Shown: positions 1 to 12,911 of the stretch, one piece after another
Numbering within the stretch: position 1 is the first letter of the stretch
Layout of the letters: each line of letters begins with the position of its first letter
Assembly: GCF_009914755.1 (NCBI RefSeq)
Contig: NC_060936.1
DNA length: 64,000 bases
Reading direction: 5' to 3' (one strand)
Origin: the human T2T-CHM13v2.0 reference genome, Homo sapiens
Notes under the pieces: generated by a model
Told to the model about the DNA's origin: nothing
Databases searched by the model: none
Seen by the model: only the letters and a program-made list of their open reading frames with translations
Position numbers and translations under genes: made by a program

Positions 1-1474
1 ATAGTCCCATATTTCTTGGAGACTTTGTTCATTTCTTTTTACTCTTTTTTCTCTAAACTTCTCTTCTCACTTCATGTCATTCATTTGATCTTCAATCACA
101 GATACCCTTTCTTCCACTTGATTGAATCAGCTACTGAAGCTTGTGCATGCATCACGTAGTTCTCATGCCATGATTTTCAGCTCCGTCAGATCATTTAAGG
201 TCTTCTCTATGCTGTTTATTCTAGTTACCCATTCGTCTAATCTTTTTTCAAGGTTTTTAGCTTCTTTGCAATGGGTTTGAACATCCTCCTTTAGCTCAGA
301 GAAGTTTATTAGCAATCATCAGAGGCCTTCTTCTCTCAACTCGTCAAAGTCATTCTCCATCCAGCTTTGTTCCATTGCTGGTGAGCAGCTGCGTTCCTTT
401 GCAGGAGAAGACGTGCTCTGATTTTTAGAATTTTCAGCTTTTCTCCTCTCGTTTCTCCCCATCTTTGTGGTTTTATCTACATTTGGTCTTTGATGATGGT
501 GACATACAGATGGTGTTTTGGTGTGGATGTCCTTTCTGTTTGTTAGTTTTCCTTCTAATAGTCAGCACCCTCAGCTGCAGGTCTGTTGGAGTTTGCTGGT
601 GGTCCACTCCAGACCCTGTTTGCCTGGGTATCCCCAGCGGAGGCTGCAGAACAGCAAATATTGCAGAACAGCAAATGCTGCCTGATCCTTCCTCTGGAAG
701 CTTCATCTCATAGGGGCACCCAGCTGTATGAGGTGTTAGTCGGCCCCTACTAGGAGGTGTCTCCCAGTTAGGCTACTTGGGGGTCAGGGACCTACTTGAG
801 GAGGCAGTCTGTCCATTCTCAGATCTCACACTACATGCTGGGAGAACCACTCCTCTCTTCAAAACTGTCAGACAGGGACGTTTAAGTCTGCAGAAGTTTC
901 TGCTGCCTTTTGTTCAGCTATGCCCTACCCCCAGAGGTGGAGTCTACAGAGGCAGGCAGGCCTCCTTGAGCTGTGGTGGGCTCCACCCAGTTTGAGCTTC
1001 CAGGCAGCTTTGTTTACCTACTCAAGCCTCAGCAATGGTGGACGCCCCTCCGCCAGCCTTGCTGCTGCCTTACAGTTCCATCTCAGACTGCTGTGCTAGC
1101 AATGAGAGAGGCTCTGTGGGTGTGGGACCCTCCGAGCCTCGCATGGGATATAATCTCCTGGTGTGCCATTTGCCAAGACCGTTGGAAAACCACAGTATTA
1201 TGGTGGGAGTGTCCTAATTTTCCAGGTACTGTCTGTCATGGCTTCCCTTGGCTTGGAAAGGGAATTCCCTGACCCCTTGGGCTTCCCGGGTGAGGTGATG
1301 CCCCGCCCTGCTTTGGCTCATGCTCCTTGGGGGCTGCACCCACTGTCCGACAAGCCCCATTGAGATGAACCCCATACCTCAGTTGGAAATGCAGAAATCA
1401 CCCATCTTCTGCGTTGCTCATGCTGGGAGCTGTAGACTGGAGATCTTCCTATTTGGCCATCTTGGAACTTCCCC
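1..1474 (-). mobile_element. L1PA (about L1PA5-7) 5' end: 5'UTR and N-terminal ORF1; continues off the left edge of the window
   Basis: Collinear with 46260-47730 of the full-length L1 in this window; ends in the L1 5' terminus ...ggccatcttggaac; antisense ORF1 remnant. Confidence 0.93.
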
Positions 1475-1619
1475 TGAAAAGAAAAGATTTAACCAGCATA
1501 TTTAGCTACACAAAGAATGAATCCACACTTTAAAGCCAAACAAGTAATAGAAATAAACTTGCATTGATCTTTGAGTCACCCTTGGCTCTTCTCTTTCTCT
1601 TATACACCATATCAAATCT

Positions 1620-2116
1620 GGATTAATATTTTATTGCTGTTGCCACAAATTACTACAAAATTAGTAGCTTAAATAACAACAAATTTCTTATCCTACTATT
1701 CTGTAGGATTGAAGTCTGACACGGGTCTCACCGAACTTAGATCCATAAGTCTAGATAGGATGCTTTAAGGGGCAACCTATTTCCTTGCCCTCTTTGGTTT
1801 CTAGAATCTGCTCACTTTCCTGGGAACATGCAGCCCTTCCTCCATTTTCAAAGTCAGCAGCAATGCATCTTTGTTTGGTAGAAACTTCTTCCTCTGCCTC
1901 ATTCTTCTGCCTCATCCATTTCTAAGGACCTTTGTGATTACATTGAGCCCTCTAGAATTGTCCAGCATAGTCTCTTTATTTTAAGGTATGCTCATGTGTA
2001 ACCTTAATTCTATCTGCAACCTTAATTCCCATTTGCTATATACCCAAACATATTCATATGTTCTGTTCTGAGGATTAGACAGGAACATTTGGGAGGCCTT
2101 TATTCTGCTTTCCACA
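1620..2116 (-). mobile_element. MaLR solo LTR (MLT1C/D-like)
   Basis: attgctg..acaaattactacaaa..tagtagcttaaa start; ends ..ggcctttattctgctttccaca. Confidence 0.75.
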
Positions 2117-2257
2117 CAGCAAATTGCTACCAAAAGCAAAAACTTTTACTATTTTTTTTAAATACATTACTGTGCCACCACTTTTCCTAACACAACTGCT
2201 GTCACTGTGGTTCAGCATCATCTCTTGCCTGAATTATTATATCAATCTTATAACTGG

Positions 2258-2857
2258 TGTCAACAAAAAGAGCCAAACTGTAAAATATTTGAAGAAATTT
2301 ATTCTGAGTCAAATATGAGTGACCATAGCCTGTGACACAGCCCTCAGGAGGTCCTGAGAACATGTGCCCAAGGTGGTCAGAGTGCAGCTTGGTTTTATAC
2401 ATTTTAGGGAAGCATGAGCCATCAAATACATTTAAGAAATACATCGGTTTGGTCCAGAAAGAGAGGACAATTTGAAGTGTGGGGAGGTGCAGGAGGTGGG
2501 ATTCCAGGCTAAAGGTAAATTTAAACATTTTCTGGCTGACAATTGGTTGAGTTTGTCTAAAGATCTGGGTTCAATAGATAGGAATGTCTGGGTTGCAAAA
2601 GAGGTTGTAGAGACCAAAGTTTTACTATGCAGATGAAGCTTTTAGCTAAGAGGCTTAAGAAAGAATAGGTTGTAAAATGTTTCCTATCAGATTTAAAGTC
2701 TGTATTGATGTTGAGAAGTATAATGAGGCATGTTTGAACAGCACTTCCCATCAGGGCCTGAAACAGACTCTCAGGTTAAATTTTAAGAGCCCTGGCTGAG
2801 GAGGAAGTCCATTCAGATGGTTGGGAGGGGGGCTTAGAATTTTATTTTTGGTTTACA
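2258..2857 (-). mobile_element. ERV1 solo LTR, MER4A-like (600 bp)
   Basis: TG...CA termini; minus strand begins tgtaaaccaaaaataaaattctaagcccc; near-TSD ctgg/gtgg. Confidence 0.8.
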
Positions 2858-3492
2858 GTGGTCTTATTGCTTTATCCTTGCCTCTGTAAGCCATAAATAA
2901 AATATAAGCTTTCCAACCAACTGAATGGACCCCCTCTGAAAAACTAAATTCTGGATTTTAACAGGAAGTGGGGGTCAGACATGCCTCATTATGCCTCCTC
3001 CTCTTTGGAGCTTAGGCACAAATGACTAGTATTGACATTAAAATAGGGATCCTAAGACTGACAAAACAGATTCTTTGTAGTAATAAGATACCAAATTGCA
3101 CTCTGGTATGGCATGACGTGACAGATGTTGCAGACTCTGAAAGAAATCAAAATATTTTACTCCCAAATATATTTCATTGACATATTTTGAAATGGTCCTC
3201 CAATGTTGCCATCTGTAGGGGAAACTTGGCATCTGTAGAGGATATCTATTAGTGCAGCTAGGTCTTTCCCATATCTAGAAGGGATTTAGAGTCTGACACC
3301 TTCTAAGATGCTAAAAAAAGACAGCATCTATTCTCTCTGAAGCCTGTTACCTGGAAGCTTCATCTACATAACAAGAACCTTGGCTTCCACAACCCCCCCC
3401 CCCCTTATCTTAACTCAAGCATTTCTTTCTAGTGATTTCAAGTCTTTAGCTTAACTCTTTCAACCAATTGCCAATCAGAAAATCTTTGAATT

Positions 3493-3800
3493 GGCCAGGC
3501 ACAGTGGCTCACACCTGTAATTCCAGCACTTTGGGAGGTCAAGATGGGAGGATCACTTGAACTCATGAGTTTGAGACCAGCTTGGGCAACATAGGGAGAG
3601 CTTATCTCTACAGAAAATTAAAAAAAATAGAAATAGCCAGGTGGGTTGATGTGCATCTGTAGTCCCAAGTACTCAGGAAGCTGAGGTGGGAGAATTGCTT
3701 GTGCCTTAGAAGTTGAGGCTACAGTCAGCCATGACTACACCACTGCACTTCAGTTTTGGTGGCAGAGCAAGACCCTGTCTCAAAAAAAGAAAAAAGAAAA
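3493..3800 (+). mobile_element. AluJ element
   Basis: Dimeric Alu with A-tail; TSD agaaaatctttgaat on both sides. Confidence 0.93.
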
Positions 3801-3878
3801 AGAAAATCTTTGAATCCACCTCTGACTTGTAAGCCCCCCACTTTGCCATCTTTCTGGGCTGAAATAGTATACACTTAT

Positions 3879-4488
3879 TTTCATGCGTGTCCATGTGAAG
3901 AGACCACCAAATAGGCTTTGTGTGAGCAACATGGCTGTTTATTTCACCTGGGTGCAGGTGGGCTGAGTCCAAAAAGAGAGTCAGCGAAGGGAGATAAGGG
4001 TGGGGCCGTTTTATAGGATTTGGGTAGGTAAAGGAAAATTACAGTCAAAGGGGGTTTGTTCTCTGGCGGGTAGGAGTGGGGGTCGCAAGGTGCTCAGTGG
4101 GCAGGAGTGGGGGTCACAAGGTGCTCAGTGGGGGTGCTTTTTGAGCCAGGATGAGCCAGGAAAAGGACTTTCACAAGGTAATGTCATCAGTTAAGGCAAG
4201 GACCGGCCATTTACACTTCTTTTGTGGTGGAATGTCATCAGTTAAGGTGGGGCAAGGCATATTCACTTCTTTTGTGATTCTTCAGTTACTTCAGGCCATC
4301 TGGGCGTATATGTGAGTTAAGGCAAGGACCGGCCATTTACACTTCTTTTGTGGTGGAATGTCATCAGTTAAGGTGGGGCAAGGCATATTCACTTCTTTTG
4401 TGATTCTTCAGTTACTTCAGGCCATCTGGGCGTATATGTGCAAGTCACAGGGGATGTGATGGCTTGGCTTGGGCTCAGAGGCCTGACA
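3879..4488 (-). mobile_element. HERV-H solo LTR (LTR7 family) with an internal 126-bp tandem duplication
   Basis: Minus strand tgtcaggcctctgagcccaag...catgaaa; exact 5-bp TSD cttat (3874-3878 / 4489-4493). Confidence 0.93.
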
Positions 4489-4901
4489 CTTATATGTGTT
4501 GATTTATGTCTTGTCTATAACTTCTGTCTCCCTAAAATGTATAAAACCAAACTATAACCTGACTGCCTCAGGCACACTTTCTCAGGACCTCTTTAGACTT
4601 TACTGTGGGCCATGGTCACTCATCTTGACTTAGAATAAACCTCTTAAAATATTTCACAGAGTTTGGCTTTTTCATAACACCACTGCAGACTATTTTCCAC
4701 ATAGCAGCCTGGTTAATCTTTTAAAATAGCAGTCATAATTTGTATCACTTTCAAAACTCTTCTAATGCTTCCCAACTCACTTAGAATAAAATCCACAGTT
4801 CTTAGAGTGATCCAGTACACCCTCCAAAATCAAGTTATGTCCCTGTCCTCATCCATATCACTCTCTTTCTACTCACCCTGCTTCAACCACACTGACCTCT
4901 T

Positions 4902-5329
4902 TGTCTCACACATCCATGTAAAGAGACCACCAAACTGGCTCTGTGTGAGAAACAAGGCTGTTTATTTCACCTGGGTGCAGGCAGGCTGAGTCCAAAAAGA
5001 GAGTCAGCAAAGGGTGGTGGGATTATCATTAGTTCTTATAAGTTTTGGGGTAGGCAGTGGAGTTAGGAGCAATGTTTTGCCAGCAGGGGTTAGATCTCAT
5101 GAAGTATATTCTCAAGGGTGGGGAGAATTACAAAGAACTTTCTTAAGGGTTGGGGAGATTATAAAGAACATTGATCAGTTAGGGTGGGGCAGAAACACAA
5201 TGGTGGAATGTCATCAGTTAAGGCTATTTTCACTTCTTTTGTGGATCTTCAGTTGCTTCAGGCCATCTGGATGTATACGTGCAGGTCACAGGGGATATGA
5301 TGGCTTAGCTTGGGCTCAGAGGCCTGACA
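4902..5329 (-). mobile_element. HERV-H solo LTR (LTR7 family, LTR7C-like)
   Basis: tgtcaggcctctgagcccaag start on minus; exact TSD ctctt (4897-4901 / 5330-5334). Confidence 0.92.
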
Positions 5330-5558
5330 CTCTTGATGCTGTGGCAATAGGCCAAGCTTATTCCCATCCAGGGTCCTTGCACTTGTTATTCCTTCCACCT
5401 AGAATCTTTTTCTTCAGATGTCTGTATGTTTCACTCCTTCAGAATTCTAACTAATGAGATTTTTCCCTGAATATCTCTATCTAAAATAGCACCCTTGTAC
5501 TGTCCCAAACTCCCTGTGTTATTTTGCTTTTTTTTTTTTTATTCTCAGCACTCATCAC

Positions 5559-5993
5559 TGTCACACACGTCCATGTGAAGAGACCACCAAACAGGCTTTG
5601 TGTGAGTGATAAAGCCTTTTAATTACCTGAGTGCAGGTGGGCTGGGTCCAAAAAGAGACTCAGCGAAGGGAGATAGGGGTGGGGCCATTTTATAGGATTT
5701 CGGTGGGTAGTGGAAAATTATAGTCAAAGGGGGTTGTTCTCTGGTGGACAGGGGCAGGGGGTTACAAGGTGCTCAGTGGGAGAGGTTCTGAGCCAGGAGA
5801 AGGAATTTCACAAGGTTAACCTTTCAGTTAAGGTGGGGCAGGAACAAATCAAAATGGTGGAATGTCATCAGTTAAGGCAGGAACTGGCCATTTTCACTTA
5901 TTTTGTGATTCTTCACTTGCTTCAGGCCATCAGGATATATATGTGCAGGTCACAGGGGATATGATGGCTTAGCTTAGGCTCAGAGGCCTGACA
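5559..5993 (-). mobile_element. HERV-H LTR7, 3'-LTR type (left arm of the inverted HERV-H element)
   Basis: LTR7 on minus strand preceded by the polypurine tract aagaaggcaggaa (5994-6006) and HERV-H env/3'UTR sequence. Confidence 0.93.
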
Positions 5994-6206
5994 TTCCTGC
6001 CTTCTTATATTAATAAGAAAAATAACATAAAATAGTGTTGAAGTGTTGGGGTAGCGAAAATTTTTGGGAGGTGGTATGGAGAGATAATGGGCGATGTTTC
6101 TCAGGGCTGCTTCGAGTGGGATTAGGGGCGAAGTGGGAACCTAGAGTGGGACAGACTAAGCTGGAGGAAGATTTTGTGGTAAGGGGTAATATTATGGGGG
6201 TGTTCG

Positions 6207-9200
6207 TGTAGCAGGACGAGCCGCAGACAAAAGCTCTCAGACACCGAGTTGTAGAAGGAAGGGCTTTATTCAGCTGGGAGCATTGGCAAGCTACTGTCTT
6301 AAAATCCGAGCTCCCTGAGTGAGCAATTCCTGTCCTTTTTAAGGGCTCACAACTCTAAGGATTTCACACGAAGGGGTCATGATTGATTTGAGCAAGCAGG
6401 GGGTACATGACAGGGGCTGCATGCACCAGTGGTCAGAGTGGAACAGAACAGAGAAGGGAGTTTCACAATGTTCTTTTATACCATGTCTGGAATCTATGGA
6501 TAACAATGGTTTCTAAGTCATGAGTTGATTTTGAACTACTAGGTTTAGGCCAGGCAGGCCCAGGCCTGGTTTTGGGCCTGGCACCAGGCTGCCTGTCTTT
6601 GATTTCACTTCTTTGTTTTTTTCTTAAAACAGGTATTGAGTATAAAACAATATAAAACAGTATGAGAAGGTCTCTTTCTTCCCTCATTTCCCCCCTTTGA
6701 GACTCTCACTTTTTATTAGTGGGAGTTCTCACTCTTATTTTCACTATATATGTCTTCTTGTGCAATAGATTGATAGTGATTTATATAGTACACTTGTGCT
6801 GAAGCATTCTGGTGAACTAAGGTAATGATGAGGCTTTGTATCATTTGAAGAAGTACAGGTAGCAAACAAGGGAGCAGTAAGCAGGTTCTTATTACTATTA
6901 TAACTTCTATTATAAGAGTTTTAAATCCTCCTAGTGCTGGGAACTAATTTTTAAACATGGCTTCAGGGTCGAATTCATGCTACACTTGTACGGGCACATG
7001 TGTCAGTTTTGTCATATTTTTAACTATGTCTTTAACTACTTGCCTTGCTTATCTATATGTAGACAGTAACTAGTAAGGTTAAATTTCTTATAGACCTCTC
7101 TTTCAGCTGCTAGTAAGTAGTCAAAAGCCAATCTATTTTGATAGATGGCATTTCTTATCTGAGTTTCTTGCTGGGCCAAAATAGTCAAGGCTTGACCGGT
7201 TTTATTAGTGATTATTTCTAAAACAGCTTGCAACCATATGATTCGGTTGAGCATGTAAATGGGGGTATGGTAACCCTATGAGCTGTCTTGTGTCTAAGTG
7301 GCAGGCCTATAGTATTGTATAATTTTTTTTTTAGGAGGTCATTTATCATCTTTCTAATTACCTATGGCTATGCTTCGTTTTCCGTGGGAAGCATAGACAG
7401 GGAAGCCTAGGAGTTTGCCTGTTTTTATGGGCAGTAGGAAGAAAGATGGTTTAATGGTGCCAATTACACAGCTACTTATCCACTGATCAGGCAGCTTAGC
7501 ATAGGCTCTATGTCCACATATCTAGTATAATCTGGTGGGGGCAGTCTAGTCCTGGTGGAATTCTGGGTGGGCCTAGACAGGCTGCAACCTTGGAAATTTA
7601 GTGAATGGATCTCTTTCTGTGTAATTGGAACTCCACCACATAACTGTTATTTTTTTTGGGGGGGTACTATTATACAGTTTTTGTCCTAGGCAACTAAGTC
7701 ATCTTACAGAATCAGTGAATTATTTTCTTTTTCTAGCTATGCAGTCTTGTCTAATAATTGAGACTTTTAGAACCTAGAAATGATCAGGGTGATTCTTTTG
7801 TGCCAGGAATTCATCAGGAACTGGGTCTGCAGGCACTAATTCTCAGGCTTCTTATGGCCATTGATCTCTTATTACAGTTTTTCTACAAACATAACATGAA
7901 GTGACATTTAAAGACTGGGCTACGTGCTTGGCTAACTGCACAAACAAATTTCTGGTTTTTCCTGGAGTCTCAGGTACTAGCACATTTAATTCATCATAGA
8001 AAGTCTGAAATACTGGTTCTGGAGAGCGTCTTTGAACCTCATCTTTTACTAAGATATTTACTCTAGGACCTAGTCCTTTCCTATTGATGCCCAGAGATAT
8101 GTGTTCTTTTTTTCTACCTTGGGTTTAAGGGATTTGTAATTATTAATTTTAAGGGGTTGCAGCTTCCACTCATACAGGAGGGGCTGCCTTCTCCTTTTTG
8201 GAGCTAAACAGAATCTTTTTCATCTTTTTTTAAAGTAGTCTAGATGACACAAGACCAGTAATTACACACACTTGCGCATGAGCATCTTATTCTATGCCGA
8301 TTGCTATTGATAGTGGCACAAGCATTAAATTTTAGGGTTATATGCTTGGAGACCCCTCTTTCTTCTGTCCTAGCTATTACTTCACTTGTGTCACCTAGAA
8401 AAGGACCAGTCCTTAATTTTATTTTAAAAATTGTGATTATGGGAGGCTTAAAATTGGTCATAATACGCATCAGGTTGGTTATTTCCTGGGCTACATACTT
8501 TGGATAGAATAGCATTATACAAACAAGTTTCTTTTAGAGTCCTGGTACACTTATAATAACTATAAAATAATAGGACTATAGCAATCTTTTTGTCCTACCT
8601 TAGCGACTTGATGTATATACTGGGAACAGTTCTCAGTCTGAGGAAGGTCAGTTGAAGTCCTTACTGTAGAAGTCCAAATTTTAAGGAAAATGAGTCTCGG
8701 AATGAGTTTCCTCATGCTTTGGCCATGCGTGGCCCAGTCAGCTTCCGGGTGTGACTGGAGCAGGGCTTGTCAACTTCTTCAGAGTCACTTTGCAGGGGTT
8801 GGCAAAGCTACTCCTCTCCACGTACAGCTCCTAGTCTACTGATGTTTAAGGATGGTCTCGGAGGTTGGGCCCACTAGAATAAACTGAGTCCAATACTTCT
8901 ACACAGTTATGTTTGACTGGGCTCACTGATACCAGGAGCAAGGTGGCAGGGTTTAGGGTGTTGCAAACTTCAATGGTTATGCGGGGATTTTCACAGAGCA
9001 AGGTTTGGTATCTAGTTAGTCTAGCATTCATTAGCTAATTGTGTCCTTTGGTATTTATTAAAATCACCACCGCATGGGGGGACTTTATGTTTAGGTTTTG
9101 CCTACGAGTTAGCTTATCTGCTTCTTGTGCTAATAGGGCCATTGCTGCCAGGGCCCTTGGACATGGGGGCCAGCCTTGGAAACCCCATCTAGTTGTTTTG

Positions 9201-12200
9201 AGAGATAGGCCACTGGCCTTGGCCAGGGCCCTACAGTCTGGGTTAAAACTCCAACTGCTATTTTTTTTTTTTTTTTTGACACATAGAGTGTAAAAAGTTT
9301 TGTCAGGTCAGGTAGCCCCAGGTCTGGAGACGACCTGAGTTGTTTTTTTTTTTAACTCATGAAAAGCTTGTTGCTGTTGGTTGTAATACATGTAGTATTA
9401 CAGTATTACAATAAAAAATTATATTTTTATTGACTGTAATCTACTAAAATATTGACTTAAATCCTGTAACTATTTGATTTCAAGCTTTAAATTGATCTGG
9501 TATTCCTTGCGGGGCTCCAATTGCATCTAAATAGATGCGAGAGTTGAAAAACTTATAAGGGGCTTCTCTTGCTTCTCGATGTCTTATTTTTTATTTTTCC
9601 TCTTGTTGATGACATGCCAGGGTGAAAGGGATAGCCAATTGGACCAAAGTACAAGTGCCACTCTAGTTATTTGGCAGAGTGCCTAGTAAAGGTCCATCAC
9701 AATACCACCACACATCCACTCAGGGATGAACAAGAGATGACTGATTGATAAGCTCTTGAAAATTCTTAAGCTCACTGCATCCCTTCAGGTCTCCAAGGAA
9801 TGCTAAGTCTCCTCCCTGCCATGAGAGACATGAAGTGAACTTAGTGTTGGGAGACAGAAGCTGGATGGCCCTCGGGGGCTGACTCGAAGGGACTTCGGGA
9901 TATAGCAGAGAGAGCTTGGCATGACTTATTACTCCAGACTGTAGAATCCTGGAAAAGAGCTACCATGCCACCCACGCCTGGTCGACTGGAGGACCACCTT
10001 AGTGGAAGGGGGACAATCAGGGCCTCTGGCCTGCCATGTGCACAAGCATAACAATTGCTTTTTTTTAACATGCAGATGGAATATTTGATCCATTTCAACC
10101 AGGCATTTGTATCTTGGTATGCTCTCTTAATTGCCAAAGTTTGTTTGAAGTCTTTAACTTCTATGATCCTCTAGTAGAATGAATGTTTCCTTTAGCACCT
10201 ATTTTTATTAGTTTTTAGACCAAAGAAAGCTAAACACCATTTTATATTTAATAATGCTTCTTGTATGATTTTTATACCAGATAAGTTAAATTTTACCTTT
10301 ATATTAGTGTGTTATTGATGTTAAACTTAATTTTAATAAAATCTTGTAGACATATTTATCCAACTTTTCATGTTTCACCATAAGGTAAGATTTTATAGAC
10401 TCTTTTTAACTTTTTATAATTTTTGTTAAAGAGCAGGTTGGTGCTTTAAGAAAAACTTGTTGCATTTTTACTTTAATGTCCAGTTCACAGAAAAACTGGA
10501 TGGTACATTTTTAACTTTAGCTAATATGTTTAAACACATAATTTTTTTTTTACAATTAATGTTTTAAAACTTGCTTAAACTTTTAAAACAATAATTTTTT
10601 TTAACTTTTTAATGTAGGTAAAAATCCACATTCTTATGCCTCCTTATGATCTTTTTACCAAAGGTATATTTTACTTTTTTTAGACACCTTGCACATAAAC
10701 TATTTCTTCAATAGTACTCAGGAGGCCTTATTACTTTTAAATTACACAACATTTTTTGCATAAATTTGTCTTTTATAACATTTGTTCTTTCATGACTTTT
10801 GTAGACAATTTTTCGACATGTCTTAACTTTCTGACTTATTAAAAACATTTTTTTTTCTTTAAACAACCAGTTAATTTCTTTCAGGACAAGAATTTACCAT
10901 ATAACACTCTTTTTATATAAATTCTGCCTCCCCCTTTTTTTTTTCCTTTTTTTTTTTTTCTGAAGATAACCATTTTTTTTTAAAGTGAACTTCCTTTATG
11001 TCTGTGGACTAGACTATCTAAGGCCACAAGATTAGGAGTTACTATAATACATGTGACACTGTTAACTTTTAGCAAACTTCACTTTTGTTGAAAACCTTGT
11101 AAGTTTGGGATTTCAATTATCCTTTGCTATTAATAAGAGCTTGTTTAGTCTAAATTAACTTAGAATAGGTATAGATGGCCTCTTTTTCTCTCTGCTTGTC
11201 TTTCTTTGCCTCTTCCAGCCGCTTATGCTGCTGTTCTCTTAACTACTGTGGGGGGGAAGGGGGTCTAAAACCAGCTGTAACTGTGTATGTATGGAAACTG
11301 GTCTGGGTGCTTTGGCTTACAGGTTACCTTGTGCCATACCTTTTAAACAAGGAAACTGTCTAGGCTTCCTTCTGATGGCCAACCCACCTCTAATGCTGGC
11401 CAGTCTATTTCACACAAAGTTTTAAGTTTTCCTGGTGCCATAGAACAACTGTAATATCCCTTAAATCCTTTCTTGAAATTTTTCAACATAGTGGCTTGGG
11501 CTTACTTTGATCCTGATCCATGCTTCTTTGAGACAAAACACCATGATCACACCACAAGCACACCACAAAACAAAGAACAAGTAAAAAAGGGCACCCACAC
11601 ACTTTTGCAGTTTACACCAAACCAAAATCAAAACCAAAATCAGAGTATCCAGAAATCCAAGCCAGGTCAAAAACTGAAACCAAAGTATCAAGCAATCTAA
11701 GTCAAGTCAAAAACAAAAACCAAAGTGCCAGTACAGGCACACCGTTGGTGATCAGGCCACGCTTCCACTCAAATGGAGTGGGCAAGTTCCCAAGACCAGT
11801 CCTGTCAAGCAATTCAAACCAAGTCAAAACCAAAACCAAAACCAAAGTGCTGATAAAGGCATGCTGTGGGTGATCAGACCACGCTTCCACTCAAACAGAG
11901 TGGGCAAGTTCCAAAGACTAGTCTTACCAAGTTTCAGATGTCCAGACTCCAAGTGCCAGTTCCTTCCCGGTGTTCAGCCACTGTGTTAATCCTCCATGGG
12001 GGCCTGCTACTCGCTGCTCTGGTGAGGCGTTCCACTGGGACAATTGCCTACCTGGGAGCGCTACTTGGATTGCATCACTCAGGCTGGCTGGAGTCCCCTG
12101 CAGGGATGCTCCACAGGACAGGCCTAAGCTGCCTAAGGGGCTGCCTTGGCCGTCCGTCAGTCACCTTGCTTCCCGGTCAGGGAACCAAGAAATGTAGCAG

Positions 12201-12691
12201 GACGAGCCACAGACAAAACCTCTCGGACACCGAGTTGTAGAAGGAAGGGCTTTATTCAGCTGGGAGCATCGGCAAGCTACTGTCTTAAAATCCGAGCTCC
12301 CCAAGTGAGCAATTCCTATCCCTTTTAAGGGACACACAACTTTTTAAGGGCTCACAACTCTAAGGGTTTCACAGAAAGGGTCGTGATTGATTTGAGCAAG
12401 CAGGGGGTACGTGACGGGCTGCATGTACCAGTGGTCAGAGTGGAACAGAACAGACCAGGGAGTAATTTCACAGTGTTCTTTTATACAATGTCTGGAATCT
12501 ATGGATAACATTAGTTTCTAAGTCATGAGTTGATTTTTAGCTACTAGGTTTAGGCCAGGCAGGCCCAGGCCTGGTTTTGGGCCTGGCGCCTGGCTGCCTG
12601 TCTTTGATTTCACTTCTTTGTTTTTTTCTTAAAACAGGTACTGCATATAAAACAATATAAAACAATATGAGAGGGTCTCTCTCTTCCCTCA
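6207..12691 (-). mobile_element. Two-LTR Harlequin/HERV-E-group provirus: 3' LTR2B 6207-6686, internal 6687-12192, 5' LTR2B 12193-12691; non-coding mosaic internal region
   Basis: Two direct LTRs (TGAGGGAAG...TCCTGCTACA on minus); PBS-Glu; PPT aaaggggggaaa at 6687-6698; env TM relic [14 protein letters not shown] (7036-7254); pol relic NARLTRYQTLLCENP (8846-9031); near-TSD ttcg/ttag. Confidence 0.9.
12170..12187 (-). promoter_or_regulatory. Primer-binding site for tRNA-Glu
   Basis: Minus strand TGGTTCCCTGACCGGGAA just downstream of the 5' LTR; complementary to the tRNA-Glu 3' end. Confidence 0.88.
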
Positions 12692-12911
12692 TTAGAAGGA
12701 GCATTTGTCATATAGAATGATTGGTGATGGCCTGTATATGGTTTTGGATGAATTGAGAAACTAAATGGAAGACACAAGGTCTGAATAAGAGAAGGAGAAA
12801 AACAGGTATTAAAAGACAAAGAAATGGGAGCACCCAGGACATCCAATTAGAGAATGACCAAGGGGGTGCAGCGTAATTACTTTCTTGTTGGTGAGTTTTT
12901 TGGACTCTATC

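Larger units (their letters stand above)
2885..4679 (+). mobile_element. ERV1 solo LTR, MER4-group (MER4D/E-like), interrupted by an Alu and an LTR7
   Basis: Starts tgtaagccataaataaaat..., ends ...agaataaacctcttaaaatatttcacagagtttggctttttcataaca; same family as the 2258-2857 LTR in opposite orientation. Confidence 0.75.
5994..12911 (-). mobile_element. HERV-H internal 3' end (env tail/3'UTR), minus arm: 5994-6206 plus 12692-12911, split by the LTR2B provirus
   Basis: Reverse complement of 13091-13168 plus 13927-14276. Confidence 0.9.

Noticed and set aside
7036-10137. env/pol ORFs as domesticated retroviral genes
   Set aside because: Short, interrupted relics with stops, frameshifts and homopolymer expansions.
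11461-11930. NQNQNQ-type ORF and repeated units resembling an array
   Set aside because: aaaacc-rich leader repeats of the Harlequin/HERV-E internal region; no repeat-spacer structure, and the DNA is primate.
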